This document shows, piece after piece, positions 1 to 12,800 of a DNA stretch of 64,000 bases. Source of the stretch: Selaginella moellendorffii (lineage: Eukaryota; Plantae; Lycopodiophyta); NCBI RefSeq assembly GCF_000143415.4, contig NW_003314265.1, positions 3,654,443-3,718,442 of the forward strand, given 5' to 3'. Position 1 is the stretch's first letter. Each line of letters opens with the position of its first letter. Made by a program: the position numbers and the translations under genes. The notes beneath the pieces were generated by a model. It worked only from the letters and a program-made list of their open reading frames with translations, made no database searches and was not told the origin of the DNA.

Positions 1-295
1 AAGGAAGAGGCTAGGCCAAGACTTCCACGCTCAAGCTAGCAGGTCTGGAATTCCTGGTATGTAACGTGCTCTAGAATCGTTTCGATCGTCCAAACTTCTC
101 GTGCAATACGAGGGATGCAGTCAAGCGTTGGCCTTTGGCAGCAACAAAACGCTCCGGTCATAGCGACGGGAAGAGACGGTCTCGCAAGTTGTGCTACGGC
201 TCTGATGTGGCCGTTTCCAGCGTCATGATCGACATAAACGTCCGAGTTTTCGAGGGGACATACGCTCAAAACAGTGAAGCCAAGCTGGCCTTGGT
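1..295 (+). pseudogene. Heavily deleted PLS-type PPR gene remnant
   Basis: Short blocks match the PPR pseudogene at 3172-3876, e.g. cgagttttcgagggg...acgctcaaaacagtgaagcc vs cagagttttcgaagg...acgctcaaaacggtgaagcc, and tcaagct..caggt.tgga. No long ORF. Confidence 0.6.
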
Positions 296-1239
296 TTAAT
301 TCTTTAGGAGAGTTGTGTCAATCCAAGAGCCGTTCCACCTGTTATCTGGAAGCATGGGTGAAAGAGAAGTTTCGGACCACTTATGCGCTTCGATGCTACA
401 AAGTTTTCCATGGTCCTCAAGGGATGCTTTACATATCCTGATCCTTATCAGGTCAGGGCAGACTGTGGAGTGGAGTGATAAAATTTGCAATGCCAACAGT
501 TCCTCTTCCGAGCATGAAGTCTGGTCCACCATCCGAGCTCCCTCTTTGTTTGGCCCCTTTGCTTCCGCTTGTCCATAGAGGGACTCCTGGTCGATCTTCC
601 GATTCTTCCACTGGACAAATCCCCTGATATTCACGTCACCATAGCACCTGAGAGACAGACATTTCTCACCTGAAAGCAAATCTGATTTCATTGGTCCATT
701 TTCCACATCTTTAATACTCAGCTCTGCAGGAAGAGATCTAATGCTGTTTTGATAGTGTTCTGGTGCCCATTCTGAAGCATGAGACTGATGAATGCAAAAA
801 TGCAAGTGTGTTGTGAGTTGCTGGGAACCTTGCTCCACTCCTCGATCCAAAAGATCTTCATGCTTTAAGCTTCATACTCGATCTTCTTGTTCTTTCAGTG
901 GATGGAAGTAGTGTGGGTGGAAGTTGGAGGACTCCTAACTTGACATAAGAAGAGACTACTTAATATATGAAAGACAACAAGAGAAAAAGCCTTTCTGCTT
1001 GGACTGCTGAATCTGTAAAATGGTCTCAGTCGCCTCATCACTGAATGGCCAATGTCTACCTTGATGGTGCTTGGTGTTGTTGTGGCTTATATAAACTGCC
1101 AAAACAAACTGGAGTTGCTAGCATTCAGAATACAAAACCACAAAGTGTACACCTAGTATCCCCTGAGGCCTTAAGGTGATCACTGCATCACTATCAAATT
1201 GCCTTGGTAACAATATTTGTCCAACTGTGCTTTTATATA

Positions 1240-2990
1240 CATAATTAAGATTCGGATAATTGTTAATAAAACTAAACCCTTTAAATTATGTCTTAAAATA
1301 TTTAAAAATATAGTTTTTTCATAAAAACAAATTTTATTATAAAAGTTTAGGTTCTTAATCTTTGAACTACAAAAATTTTAACAAATGAAAATAAAAATTA
1401 TTTAAGGTATATAAAATCTTTTGATGATTGTTTTTGTTAGGAATCATTTAGTGTGTTGGATAAAATAATTCTAAAAAAATATTTATAATTTTAAATATAT
1501 TTTAACAATTATAATGGACTTTTAAATTTCACTTAGCAACAGTAAGTAACAAAATAAAACACAAATAACTTTATAACTCATTTATTTTAAAATATAATTA
1601 GTGTTGAGGCAACCTTGATGTAGCCAAAATTATAACTTTTTATAGAAATTTTTATAAGTAATTGTGTATGATATTTTGAGAGAGTCAAGGAGTCATTAAT
1701 AAAATTGAACCTTTTAAATTATATTCTAATATATTAACTTTTCCATGTATTACTTTTACTATAATATAGAAATATTTTTTTTTTCATAGTTTCTTCCATA
1801 TAAAAGTTTATGCTTTTAAATTTTAAACTATCATAATTTTTAAACTAGAAGAGTAAAAACTAACTTTTAAAAAGTTATTTTTAAACTATAAAAAATCTTT
1901 TATCTTCAAGCTGATTGAGCATATATAAAGAGAGTGTTAATTAAAAATTTATAATAAAAATTTTATCTTTATAAATATATTTAAATATTATAAAGGTTTT
2001 TTAAGTTTTACATTATAATTTTTAATATTTACTTGTGAATTAAAAAATAATTTATTTAAATCAAGAGAGGCCTTTGTGGTTTAACAATAAAAATAAAATA
2101 TTAATATTTCATATAAATCTGATGTTTTATATAAGTTATTAATAATTTAAAGGTAATTTTTGATTTATTTAATGGAAAGAATTAAATAATTTCTCTATAA
2201 AATATATTTAAAAAGATTAAAAATAAATTAATTAAACTTTTATATTAATTAAAAAGAACACTAGTGTGTATTTGAGGAAAAAATTATATTTTACTAAACT
2301 AAATGAGTGTTCTATACATATTTATGGATTTTGTGATAATTATTGAAAGTGAGTATTTTGAATAATAAAGTTTTTAGGATAATAAAAACAAAAACCATAA
2401 AAACTTAAATTACAGAACTTATAGAAAACAAAATGGTTAATATGTTTTATGTAATTGATAATGTAAGAAAGGTGGCTGAGAGGTTTGGATTGAAAATTTG
2501 CTTTGTTAATAACTTATTACTTTTTTGCTTTAATAAGACGACAGAATTAGTTTCCAATGTGTTATTTAACGAATTGTAAGTTATGATGTAATTTGTAAAT
2601 ATAGTTATCTTTTTAAAGTAAATTTAAATTATTTAACTTATTTAAAAAATCTTGATTTAATTTACAAAATAAAGTTTTGGTCTTTTTTACTAAAACTTGA
2701 ATTTTAAACTTAATTTCTCTTTTATTGAAAATTCAACATAAATGCCATACTCCACCAATAAAGATTTACAACACTGAACACCACTAACTTTTGTTCACAA
2801 CATGGACAACAATATTAAAATCCCATACTCTTAAAACATATTTATGTTGCATTTATAACAATTTTATACTTATTATTGAGGACAATAAAAATGGGATGGA
2901 TCATTTTATCATTTAGACTAAGAGATGCATGGTTTTATAAAACTTTACTTGAGGATATGACTAAATAAATCCTGGCAGCTGGGACGAGAT
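1240..2990. other. Extremely AT-rich, CpG-depleted non-coding tract (probable decayed repeat or transposon)
   Basis: No ORF of 60 aa or more in the track, only a handful of CG dinucleotides, long A/T runs. Confidence 0.55.
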
Positions 2991-3171
2991 GAATGATTTT
3001 TATAATGTTTAAATCTTTCCCTGTAAATGCTATCAGACCTCTTCTTTAAACTATTTTACCTTTAAGGTTTAGGGCTCCTCCTGGAATAAGGGAAAGCCAC
3101 GCCGAACTCGATCGGCTCGGCTATTCCTCGAATGCGGGTGCTGCTTCACATGTACCTCCAGGTGCGCAAGC

Positions 3172-4696
3172 ATGGCGGAAGCGTGCCGGATCTTCGAGGG
3201 CGTCGCTCGTTCTGAGAGCGGTAAGGAATATCTAGCTCTAGAGATATTTCACCGCATGCGCGCTGAGGGATGTGCCCCGGATTCGCCGAGCTTTGTCGCA
3301 GCGGTCAAGGCGTGCTCCAATCTGGCGGCCAAGGAGGAGAGGCTCGAATTTTCGCCCGAGATCCGTCTATTTGCACACTCAAGCTGACAGGTATGGAGTT
3401 CTTTCCGACGTCTACGTGTGTAACGTGCTGAGAATTGAGGAAGCTCGCGGAGTCTTTGAGGGATTCTCCTGCCAAACGTTGTGTCGTGGACGAGTTTGAT
3501 CCTGGGGCACGAGCTGCCAAACTTGTGATCGAATGGGACTGTACAGTACGTCCTGAATGGTGAGAACAAGGTAGGCATGTTTTTCTTCTCGCTCATGCAG
3601 TGCGAGGGATGCGTGCCAGATGGTCAAGCGTTTTGCGGTGCTCAAGACCTTCGGCAGCTTGGCAGCGAGAACAAAAGGCTTTTCCAGGTGTTTAGATCGT
3701 TTTGCTCGCAAGTTGTGAGCAGCGGCTTCGAGTCTGATGTGTTCGTTGCCACCGCCATGGCTGGCAACATGGTGGAGGCCCGCAGAGTTTTCGAAGGAAT
3801 GGCCCGTCGAGACGTTGTCTCCTGGACGACAATCATACTGGGACACGCTCAAAACGGTGAAGCCGAGGTGGCCTAGGATTTCTTCTCAAGGATGCAGTCG
3901 GATGGAGGGTGTGTAGCGCACGCCAAGGTTTTTGTTGCTGCAATCCTGGCGTGCGCGATACGCAAGAGCCGTTCCAGCGAATCGATGGGACGCTGGTGAA
4001 GCTCCGAGCTTTGGAGAAAGGGATGGAAGTTCACAGCAGAGCAGCAAAGCACGGTTTTGATTCAAGAGACGTGTTCGTGGGAAGCAGTTTGGCCGATCTT
4101 TACGGCAGCTTGGTGGATGCTCGACGAGTTTTCAACGGAATGCCATCACAGGACGTGGTTCCATGGACGGCATTTGTCCTGGCATACGTAGAAAACGGGG
4201 AAGCCGAGACCGGGCTGGAACTGTTTGGACAGGAAGGCTGCGTTCCCGGTTGGCCGGATTGAAAGCCTGTACTTGGCTGGCAGCACTACAGACAGGGAGA
4301 CAAATTCGCACTCAAGTCTGTGAGAGCGGCCTTGAGAGAAACTTGAGTTCCCTGGTGGACTTCTATTGCGAGTGTGGGAGAATGGGTGAAGCACGACAGG
4401 TATTCGATTTATTTGGTTCTTAAACGAAAGACACTATGATTTGGACGACAGGATACAGTCGCCAAGGCCAGACAGAGAGCGCTATCGACTTCTTCAACCT
4501 CAAGCAAGACAGAGGCCTCCGTCCAGATGCCATCACTTTCACGTTTATCCTCGCCGCTTGCAGCCATGCCGGCCTGGTTGACAAGGGAAAGGAGTACTTC
4601 GAGCTCAAGCACTACCGGAGGGTGGTGAGGCTGGATGAGAGGCATGGCGCGGCCTTATCCATGGCAAATATCTATTGGAGTCTCAGGATGGTGTAA
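3172..4696 (+). pseudogene. PLS-class pentatricopeptide repeat (PPR) pseudogene
   Basis: PPR motifs spread over several frames with stops: MRAEGCAPDSPSFVAAVKACS, EARRVFEGMARRDVVSWTTIILGHAQNG, PDAITFTFILAACSHAGLVDKG. Confidence 0.85.
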
Positions 4697-4824
4697 GAAG
4701 AGTTTCAAGTGCTGGCAAGGAGGAATGAGTTACTGATAGCAGGAAAGAGATAGCAGGAAGGAGAGCAAGCTTAGATTACATCTCGTTACAGAGCGGTAAG
4801 CAAATCTTTCTTACTCTTCTCTAC

Positions 4825-5748
4825 CTACATGACGCCTTGATGTTTCAGGATTTCTCCGATGAGCTCGCCTTCGCGGATGAAGAGAAACGTCGGCACCTCG
4901 ACGACGTTTCGCTCCTTGAGGAAGGCCATGCAGTCGTCGTTCTCGTCGCCGTGCATGCGCGCAAACACGGCCGTGTCGGCCATCTTCTTGGCCAGCTTGA
5001 TGACGGTGGGGTACACTTTCACGCAGGGGCCGCAGTGCTTGAGACCAACGTCGAGGACAACGAGCTTGTCGTCGTCCCTGTGCTTCCGGATGAGGGCCTC
5101 GACGTCGCCGCGGCTGTGGAGCTGGGTGATGGCCTTGGAGGAGTCGCCATAGTAGAGCACGTCCCCGAGCAGCATGTCCTCGGTGATGCCTTCCTCCTCG
5201 TGGACCTTCTCGCCGCTCTTGTAGAAGATGAAGTGGGGGACCTTGGCGACGCCCTCCCGGCGGAACATCTCCTTGGTCTCCTCCGACTCGTCAGCCAGTA
5301 TGAGGCGGAAGACAACGTCCGGGCACGTCCGGCTCAGCTCCACCATGGCCGGATATATCCGCTTGCTGTTGACGCTGTGGCTCTCGGCGTACTCCACCAC
5401 CACCAGCTTCTCGCCCGCGTCCCGCAGCATCGCCTGGAACTCGAGCTCCGTGGATATCATCTTGACGGGATCCTCTTTGGTGGCGCTGCCATTGCCTTTG
5501 TTTCCTTTGGCCGAGGAGGTAGCAGCACCACTGGGTGCTGCTGTCGAAGAGGAAGAAGACGAAGAAGAAGAAATTGGCGAAGAAGCTCTTGTTGGTCTTT
5601 CCAGTCTGTAGCACACGTCTCCAATTCCTGGCAGCCGAGCTGTTCTAGAGCTCCTCCAAGCAGCTAGTCCTCTATGGCTACCTCTCTCCCAATTCTTCCC
5701 ACCCCTGCTAGCAGTGAGAGACGATGAGGCTCCCAAAACTCCTGCCAT
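4825..5748 (-). CDS. CDSP32: Chloroplast double-thioredoxin protein CDSP32-like, intronless
   Basis: S/R-rich transit peptide from ATG 5748, first Trx fold with SxxS (ESHSVNS), second with [10 protein letters not shown] and EVPTFLFIR. Confidence 0.92.
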   Translation of the reverse strand: MAGVLGASSSLTASRGGKNWERGSHRGLAAWRSSRTARLPGIGDVCYRLERPTRASSPISSSSSSSSSTAAPSGAATSSAKGNKGNGSATKEDPVKMISTELEFQAMLRDAGEKLVVVEYAESHSVNSKRIYPAMVELSRTCPDVVFRLILADESEETKEMFRREGVAKVPHFIFYKSGEKVHEEEGITEDMLLGDVLYYGDSSKAITQLHSRGDVEALIRKHRDDDKLVVLDVGLKHCGPCVKVYPTVIKLAKKMADTAVFARMHGDENDDCMAFLKERNVVEVPTFLFIREGELIGEILKHQGVM

Positions 5749-5989
5749 GGCTGCCCGGCTCAAACTCTCCAGCATCTCGTCGCCCCGAGAGGATAAGAGT
5801 AGTGCCAAGTTGCTCCACTCCTCCAAAATATAAAGTGGATATCCTGATAATACCCGTTAAGTTTGGCTTTGATCGCTCTCTTTGCTTCGATAGTCTCGTG
5901 TCTCGATAGTAAAAGTGGTGCCCGGACGTTGACGGGAAAAAATCTCTTTCGCGGTCGTAAGGCTTTGGTTTAGTTTGAGGGGTCTCTTC

Positions 5990-8269
5990 TCACGAGTACT
6001 TAAACTTTTTGTGCGAAGGCGAGGCCACGATGACTCTCTTTAGGCCCGTGTCCACGCCGTCGTGGTCGCAGTGATCAGTGTATGTAGTCCTCCTCGACAA
6101 TCTCGGGCCTGGCGATTCCCTCTCCTCCACTTTCTTCCACCTTGAGTTCCGGCTTGACGAGGAGGCCTCATCGCGCTTTCGTTTCCTGCGTTCCTCGTGT
6201 TCCTCCCGTTTCTTTTTCTTGTGCTGCTTGGAGTCGTCCGGCCTGTGTCTCTTCTTGTACTTGAACTTCTTCGGCTGCATTGTGTCGGCATCGGGCAGCT
6301 CCTCTATTGGATCGAAAAAGTACGTGCAAGCCTTAGCGTCACCGGCCGTCGCGCGCTTCCTGTTGGTTAGAATGCTGTCGCCGCGAATGATTCGGCCCAG
6401 TATTCCAGTATTTCCAGTGTTTGCAGTAGTCGTTGCCAACAGCCTGTGGGCAAGGACGAATGCCGCACGGATCTACAACAAGCAGCTCTTGTAAACGTAT
6501 ACACATCACTTTAAAATCTTCTCGCGTACCTTGGGAATCTGGAAAGAGTTCTTTCCTATATCGTTCTCTGGTGCCTGGAATATGTAAGCGTTTTACTATC
6601 TGCAGTACAAATATGTAGAAATAATACCTGAGGATCCTCGACAGCTAGCAAAAACGGCCGTTTGTAATCAACAAACCTGCAAGTTGGCATCACAAAGAGT
6701 CCTTGACCAAACAGAATATATTAAACTCACCCCTTCGAAACCTTCGAGAAAAACCTTCCACCGTCAGCGCAAGAGACCCCAACCTCTCTTATGTTGAGAC
6801 TACGACCAAACAAATCAAAGAAGTCCAGCTGCAATAAAATATAGAAATGAGAGATTCAGATGGAACAAAATTCGTGTGTACTACCAGCAAAACACCCAGA
6901 TTAGTTTCGAGATTGCCGCCATGATGCCGACTCGGGTGCATCTGGGAAGAAAGTCAATCAGCCGATAATACAGAAGTCATGATATGCTTTACCTGAAGAT
7001 GCGTAATGAGCATGATTAGAAGACCATATGAGCCTATTCCACCACAGTACACCTACAACATCAACGGTTAAACCTTTCCTTGCCATGATCAAATTATACC
7101 TCATTCAGTTCTCTTTGTTGAAGAAAGATCTTTAGCACCATGCATAAAGGCCGCAGAGGAGGCAAAGTTCCAATAGCTCGCTGTTTGGAAGGCGCACGGT
7201 CACATACAAAAATCCTTCTAACTTTCATAATGAAGTCACCTGTATGAACTTTGCTGCTTCGGGTCCATTTCTTAAATCGAAACTAAGGAGCGGAAGAAAA
7301 GGAAATTCAAGACGAATGAAATGGCTTATCACGCTGCTTCACCTGATATCAAATGAAATTCCACTCGTTGATTCCACAAACTTTATAATCGGGACGCGTG
7401 CTTTTGATATGATCTGCATCAAGACAGCAGTTAGTTGTGATTCCAATTACAATTGTCTACCGTTATTTTCCTGGCCAACTTTCGCTTCCTAAGCTCTATG
7501 GAAATTGCTCTAAGACCGCTTACGATCCTATCGCATCCTGAGTCTAGAATCACAGCCTGCAATTTTTGTGTTCAGAAAAGAGAAAACTAAACAAATCAGA
7601 ACGGGCTGTCTTACATCAATGTCGCTCGTCGGAAGATAGAGCCCAGTAGCATATGATCCAAAAATTTCAATCTAGAACCAAAAGAAACAAGGCTGGATTC
7701 ATAATCAAGAAAAAAGAACGAAGCGGACCTTACAGTGTGACCACAGCGACTTTATCGCATTGCTTATACGATTAATAGCTGCAGCACGTTCGGCCTCTTC
7801 CTCCACAGTCGGTGAGATGAACGTACAAAAATCTAAAATCTCTGAAGCACAGAAAAAAAAAATGAGCTCGTTAGCTCCCAGAAAAAGTGCGCGAACCTTG
7901 ATGGAGCTGGAGCACTGGACTCCGGAAAGTCGTTTCTCTAGCCTCCATCCACGGCCAAATCTTCTTGTCATTGTAGTTGTCCACTTCCAGGTCCAACTCG
8001 TCACTGGCGGCGAGATTTACCAAGGCCTCGTCGGGATCCTCTTCCTGCTCCACGGCTTTCACAAGCCCGTCGACAGCGAGCGAAATGTAGTCAATCTCCG
8101 CCTCGCCATCGCTGATTTCAATCACGCTTCCCGGAGCGGCGGAAGCACCCGGATTTCCATCCTCGCTTCTCACAGCCGGCGCCTCTACAATCTCATCTGC
8201 GTCACCTAGGGCGAAATCCATGCCGATCGGCGCCAGTCGATCGTAGACGAACGCATTGCTGCCTTCCAT
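5990..8269 (-). CDS. TRF4/PAPD5-like non-canonical poly(A) polymerase (multi-exon)
   Basis: Spliced motifs LHQEILDFCTFISPT and IFGSYATGLYLPTSDID (nucleotidyltransferase GS...DxD), ARVPIIKF, basic K/R-rich C-terminus. Confidence 0.88.
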
Positions 8270-8285
8270 GGCCGAGCCGAGCTAT

Positions 8286-8294
8286 AAACCCTAG
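8286..8294 (+). promoter_or_regulatory. Telo-box-like AAACCCTAG in a 134-bp bidirectional promoter, which also has a CCAAT and a GA repeat
   Basis: Motif seen between divergent ATGs 8269 and 8404. Confidence 0.5.
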
Positions 8295-8403
8295 CTAGGG
8301 CGAAAAGATTCTAATTTTAGGGGAATATCCCGCCGTGAGCTGCGGCCAATAAGAACTGCCCACGTCACTATTGTGGAGCACCGAGAAAGAGAGAGAGAGA
8401 GCG

Positions 8404-10378
8404 ATGGCGCCTGGAGCCGCGACTTCCGAGCTCGAGAGCTTCGCTCAAGAGAGAGGAGTGGAAAATTTCCTGGTATGTAAACGAGCAGCGATCTCGAGCG
8501 CCAGGGTCCTAGCTAAAGATTTGCGAAAAAACAATCAATGCAGATAAGTTTCGTGGACCTATTAGGCGTGTCTCGAGCGAAGCTCGTTCCAAAGTCGGCA
8601 ATCCGCGAGATGGAGATCAAAGGAGCTGGGTTTGCTGGCTATGCCGCACACTTTGACATGAGTCCAGCAGATCCCGACCTGGTGAAGCCAATAGAAAAGA
8701 GAGAGTGCGACTTAAAAAGAGCGTTTTTTTCTTCTAGTTTGCGGTGCCTGATCCTCGAAGCGTGATCCAACTTCCATGGAAACCAGCAGTAGCTTGGGTG
8801 GCCAGCGATTTGTACATGAACGGCAAGCCCGTACAACAGGATCCTCGCAGAGTCTTGCGAACTCAGGTGTGTCAAAACTCTTTTCTTGAGAAGAATTCAT
8901 AGCTTTCACAGGTTGAGATTGCCGAGAGTAAACACTTGAGGATGAAAACCGGGGTCGAATGCGAGTTTTTCATCCTGTCCGGAGGTAGCGATGTTCATCA
9001 GCTGTCGGACCGATTGGATAAGGCAGAGAAACCAGGCTACGAACAGGTAAGAAACAGGGAAAAATAGAAGAGAGAAGAAAAACAGAACTTGTTGCTTACC
9101 ACCAGATTGCTCTCATGAGACGGTACGACCTGATCGCGGAAGTTCTTCACTACTTGGAAGTTCTTGGATGGAAACCATATCAGGCTGATCACGAGGTTCA
9201 AGCTTTTGGTTTTTCTCGTCATCATCTTCCCAGCTTCTTTTTTCTTGCTCCAGGATGCAAATGGTCAGTTTGAGATTAACTGGGAGTATGACGATTGCAT
9301 CGCTACTGCTGATAAGCACGTCTTCTTCAAGTTCATGGTGAAATCACTAGCTGAAAAATATGGTACCTCTTCTTTTCTTTCTTCGCTTTCTCGAGCTCTA
9401 TCGATTGATCTCCTGTGGTCTTTTCTCAGGTCTCAAGGCGACGTTTATGCCCAAACCTTTTGTAAACCAAACTGGCAATGGAACACATTGCCATGTCTCG
9501 GTCTGGGATACTTCCGGCGAGCACAACGTTTTCCTTGACAAGCAAGACAAGCTTGTGAGCTTTCCCCAGTCTTTTGCCTTCGTTTTGATATCTTTCTCTA
9601 TTCTTGCAGGGATTGTCCACGACTGCTTATGAGTTCCTCGGAGGAGTGCTCCAAAACACCAAGTCGATCACTGCCATTCTCAACCCCACCGTCAATAGCT
9701 ACAAGCGCATCGATGGAAGCACCACCCTTTCTGGCTCTTCATGGGCTCCTTGCTCCATCGCATACACTGGAAACAATCGTACTCACTTAATACGGTACAA
9801 AAGGCCAGATAACTTCCGTCGTTGCAGACTTAACAAGCTTTTATGCAGCATACCCGACGGTGGTCGATTCGAGCTTCGTCTCGCAGATGGAGCAGTCAAT
9901 CCATATCTTTTCCAAGCTGCCATCTTGGGTGAGTTTCAAGTGATTTACGTGTAGCTCTGAACCTCGCAACTTTCTCGCAGCTTGTGGCCTTCACGGGCTT
10001 GATCATCACGTCCATCCGGGACCATCAGCCGATTGGAACGGCCATCTTCCGCCACCTGAAGGGAAGGTAGCGAGTTTTCTCATTCTGTCCTTCGGAAGTA
10101 GAACTCTGTAGCATGGCTGTTGTTTTCGTTTTTTTTCTTTTCTTTGCAGGCAGTGCAAATTCTTCCCACCAGTCTAGCCGAAGCTCTGAAAGAATTCTCT
10201 GCTTCTGCCACCTTGAGAAAGGTAAGCTTTTGCTTTCTCGAGAGCTCTTCTTATCCTTGTGCGACAGGCCCTTGGCGAAGAATTTGTCACGAGCTACTCG
10301 AAGATCCAGACTGAACGATGGAGATCCTTCACACAACACTTGAGCAAATGGGAAATCGATAACACCATTGACTGCTGA
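8404..10378 (+). CDS. GlnT/GmaS-type gamma-glutamylmethylamide synthetase-like ligase (glutamine synthetase superfamily), 12 exons
   Basis: Spliced protein: ISFVDLLGVSRAKLVP, GAGFAGYA, VIQLPWKP, KTGVECEFF, DHEDANGQFEINWEYDD, ADKHVFFKFMVKS, ATFMPKPF..TGNGTHCH, NPTVNSYKRI, SWAP, GNNRTH, RFELRLADG, ending WEIDNTIDC*. All 11 introns are GT-AG. Confidence 0.9.
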
Positions 10379-10407
10379 AACTCGAAACCTCGTTGCAATG
10401 CAAATGG

Positions 10408-11419
10408 CTACTTTGGGATACGCCACCGGCTATTCTCTCCCGAAGTTTTCCATTTTTCCGAGCTCTTCAGTTTCGCCTTCCATTCCTTCTTAGATGCTCC
10501 CTCCTCATCCTCATTCTTCACTTGCAAGTTTGCCTCGTCGTCGTCTTCATTCCCTTCTCTAATCCTTTTCCCCTCTGCTTGGAGATCCCCGATCATCATC
10601 TCCGTCGTCTTCGTGGTTATTCCTCGAACATACCATGAGACTGGCGGCGGTGGAATCAGAACTGGCTGAACTTCCTGATGGAGATTCACAAGTGACGCTA
10701 CTCTGCCTGCTTCACCCGGCTCACCATCCACGTAAAACGGCTTTATCTCCCAGGTTCCTTCAAATCTCTTCATAAATCCTTCCTTGGCTAGCTTGTAGCT
10801 AACCTGGGAAGGAAAACGAATCGTCAGTAAGTTTGTGCTACATTAAAATCTCCTCACCGTGTGTGAGCTTTGATCCTCGTCGACAAGCACACGCACGTCT
10901 ATAGTCCCTGAGAACCACAGGAACTTCCAAATGGCAGCTTGCTCGACCTCTACAAGCTGCCTGTTGTTCTCGGCTTTAATCACCTTGCGGTATTTTACCT
11001 CCTAGAGATTCGAGCTAAAGCAGGAACACAAAAACACGAGAAAACTGACCTTGATGTTCTTGAAGACGCGCTTGTTTCCTGGATCAGTGATGATCCCAAA
11101 CACAGCTTCCGGTGGGAGGCCAACTTTAAATGTGGATTTCAAGTGGCACAGAGTTCCTTTGGGAACAGTAACCTGGGAAAGTAGCAACAGCCAGTCAAAA
11201 CCAATCCAGTCTATCCTACGCAACGCTCGTACTGCAGTGATCGGCGGCTCATCGACCCAGGATGGGTTGCTTCTCCACAGTTTGAGCTGATCCCAAAATC
11301 TCTCCCGAAAAGCCGGCACCGAATCCCTCGATTCCTGGAAGACATTGCGATGTGCTTGCTCGAATCAGTCACCAGCGAAAACCCTCGCTTACCTCGGATT
11401 TCGCTGAGTCCCTGTCCAT
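10408..11419 (-). CDS. DUF220 / START-like (polyketide cyclase fold) protein, multi-exon
   Basis: [65 protein letters not shown]. Confidence 0.85.
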
Positions 11420-11649
11420 CCTCTCAACTCAAACCAAAAATAAAGTGATTCGAACTCTCGTTCTCTATTTGCCTTTTTTTCTTAGAATATTTGTGTACAT
11501 TATTTAATCTAATAACTGAAGTCTATCAAAGTTTAGTATAATCTATAATCAGGATTTAATGACACAACCTAAAAACATCATTTTTCCCAACGAAGTTTGA
11601 AAGATTAAGAGTGGATCATGCTCAAAACATCATCTTTTTCTTTTTCATA

Positions 11650-12800
11650 CTCAAAGAAGCTTCAGAGTTATATTCAGAGAGTTTGCCACATTCATGATCC
11701 TATTCCTGGAGGTCGAGTGGAAGACTATATGAATCATATTGCCTCTATAACAGAGATGTAAACCAGAAGCAACACTTCTTGGTCCTTCTTTGTCTCTTGC
11801 AATGGAAACCAGCTGCTGAGTGATTGCATTGCATTTTGATGGCATTTGTCCAAGCAGGACGGTTTTGGATATCAAGAACCACTTCTATCAAATGGTGAGT
11901 ATTGAGACTACATTCCACTCTCTTGTTGGCTCTTGAGACTTTTGATGGTTTAACAAGCTGACCACGTAGTAGATGGTCTTGTTGTATGGTACCTCACATG
12001 GATAGATGAACCTGAATAAATTGATCTGATCAGATACAAACTCCATTGTTCAGCCATCCCAATAATACAAAACTCCTTTTTGATATCAAGCAAGTTTCCC
12101 CTATATTTTGGCTAGACAATTTATGTTTAGAGCCTTGGCAGTAGGAGGGGAATTAGTTTTCTTCTTTAGGACTGGATTTGAAGCAAGGATTGGGGAGATT
12201 TGTTTATTTTTCCGAGTCAAGGCACTAGAGCATGGTCTAGGAATGAGGAGTTTCATCACATTTTTGATCATTTACATAAAAAACCTTATTGATCAGCCTG
12301 CAATTTGATAATTCAGTTTTAAAACACGGATTTAAGTCCAAAGCAAGTGGAGTAAATGGCCAAAGTTCCTAAAGAAGATACCTAATTCCATGATGCCCAA
12401 ATCCATATCGATCAGACAAAGTGGATCAACATCAAGATCCTTTAATCCAAGTATATTACTCCCTCATCATAATGTATGCTTTGCACTAGGTGGACTTGCT
12501 TTTAGTGATAAAGCAATGAACATTCATACTTTAGAGATTTAATTATTAGAGCACATTTTGAGTTGATTATGAGATCAAGATAAGATTTATCTTTGGAAGT
12601 TTGGGGGATAATTAGGGATAATATAACCATTAAAAGCTTTTTACTTTGCCATTGCCTCCTTTGGAAACCCATAAACCATATTAGTACCTCCTTAATTATA
12701 CATATTGAACATCCATAAGTATATTTTTTATTTTATAGAACCACATTGCACAAGAATCCTAGCCAGTAGTGAGCACTAAGTACAAGGCCAAGAATACAAA
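11650..12800 (-). mobile_element. Possible highly decayed LINE (L1-like) remnant
   Basis: Stop-riddled, CpG-depleted. Only weak minus-strand hints (YLG and GLGI-like codons). Confidence 0.3.

Noticed and set aside
296-850. 184-aa minus-strand ORF
   Set aside because: Non-ATG start, no recognisable domain, lies in pseudogene debris.
4837-5667. Long antisense or alternative-frame ORFs (e.g. 4837-5667 +, 14389-15408 -, 15399-16259 -, 43096-44394 +, 49840-50910 +, 53840-54691 +)
   Set aside because: Shadow ORFs of GC-rich coding exons on the opposite strand, with no recognisable motifs.
8404-10378. Bacterial contamination as the source of the GmaS-like and MetX-like genes
   Set aside because: Both carry multiple short GT-AG introns of the host type and are tightly interleaved with plant genes.
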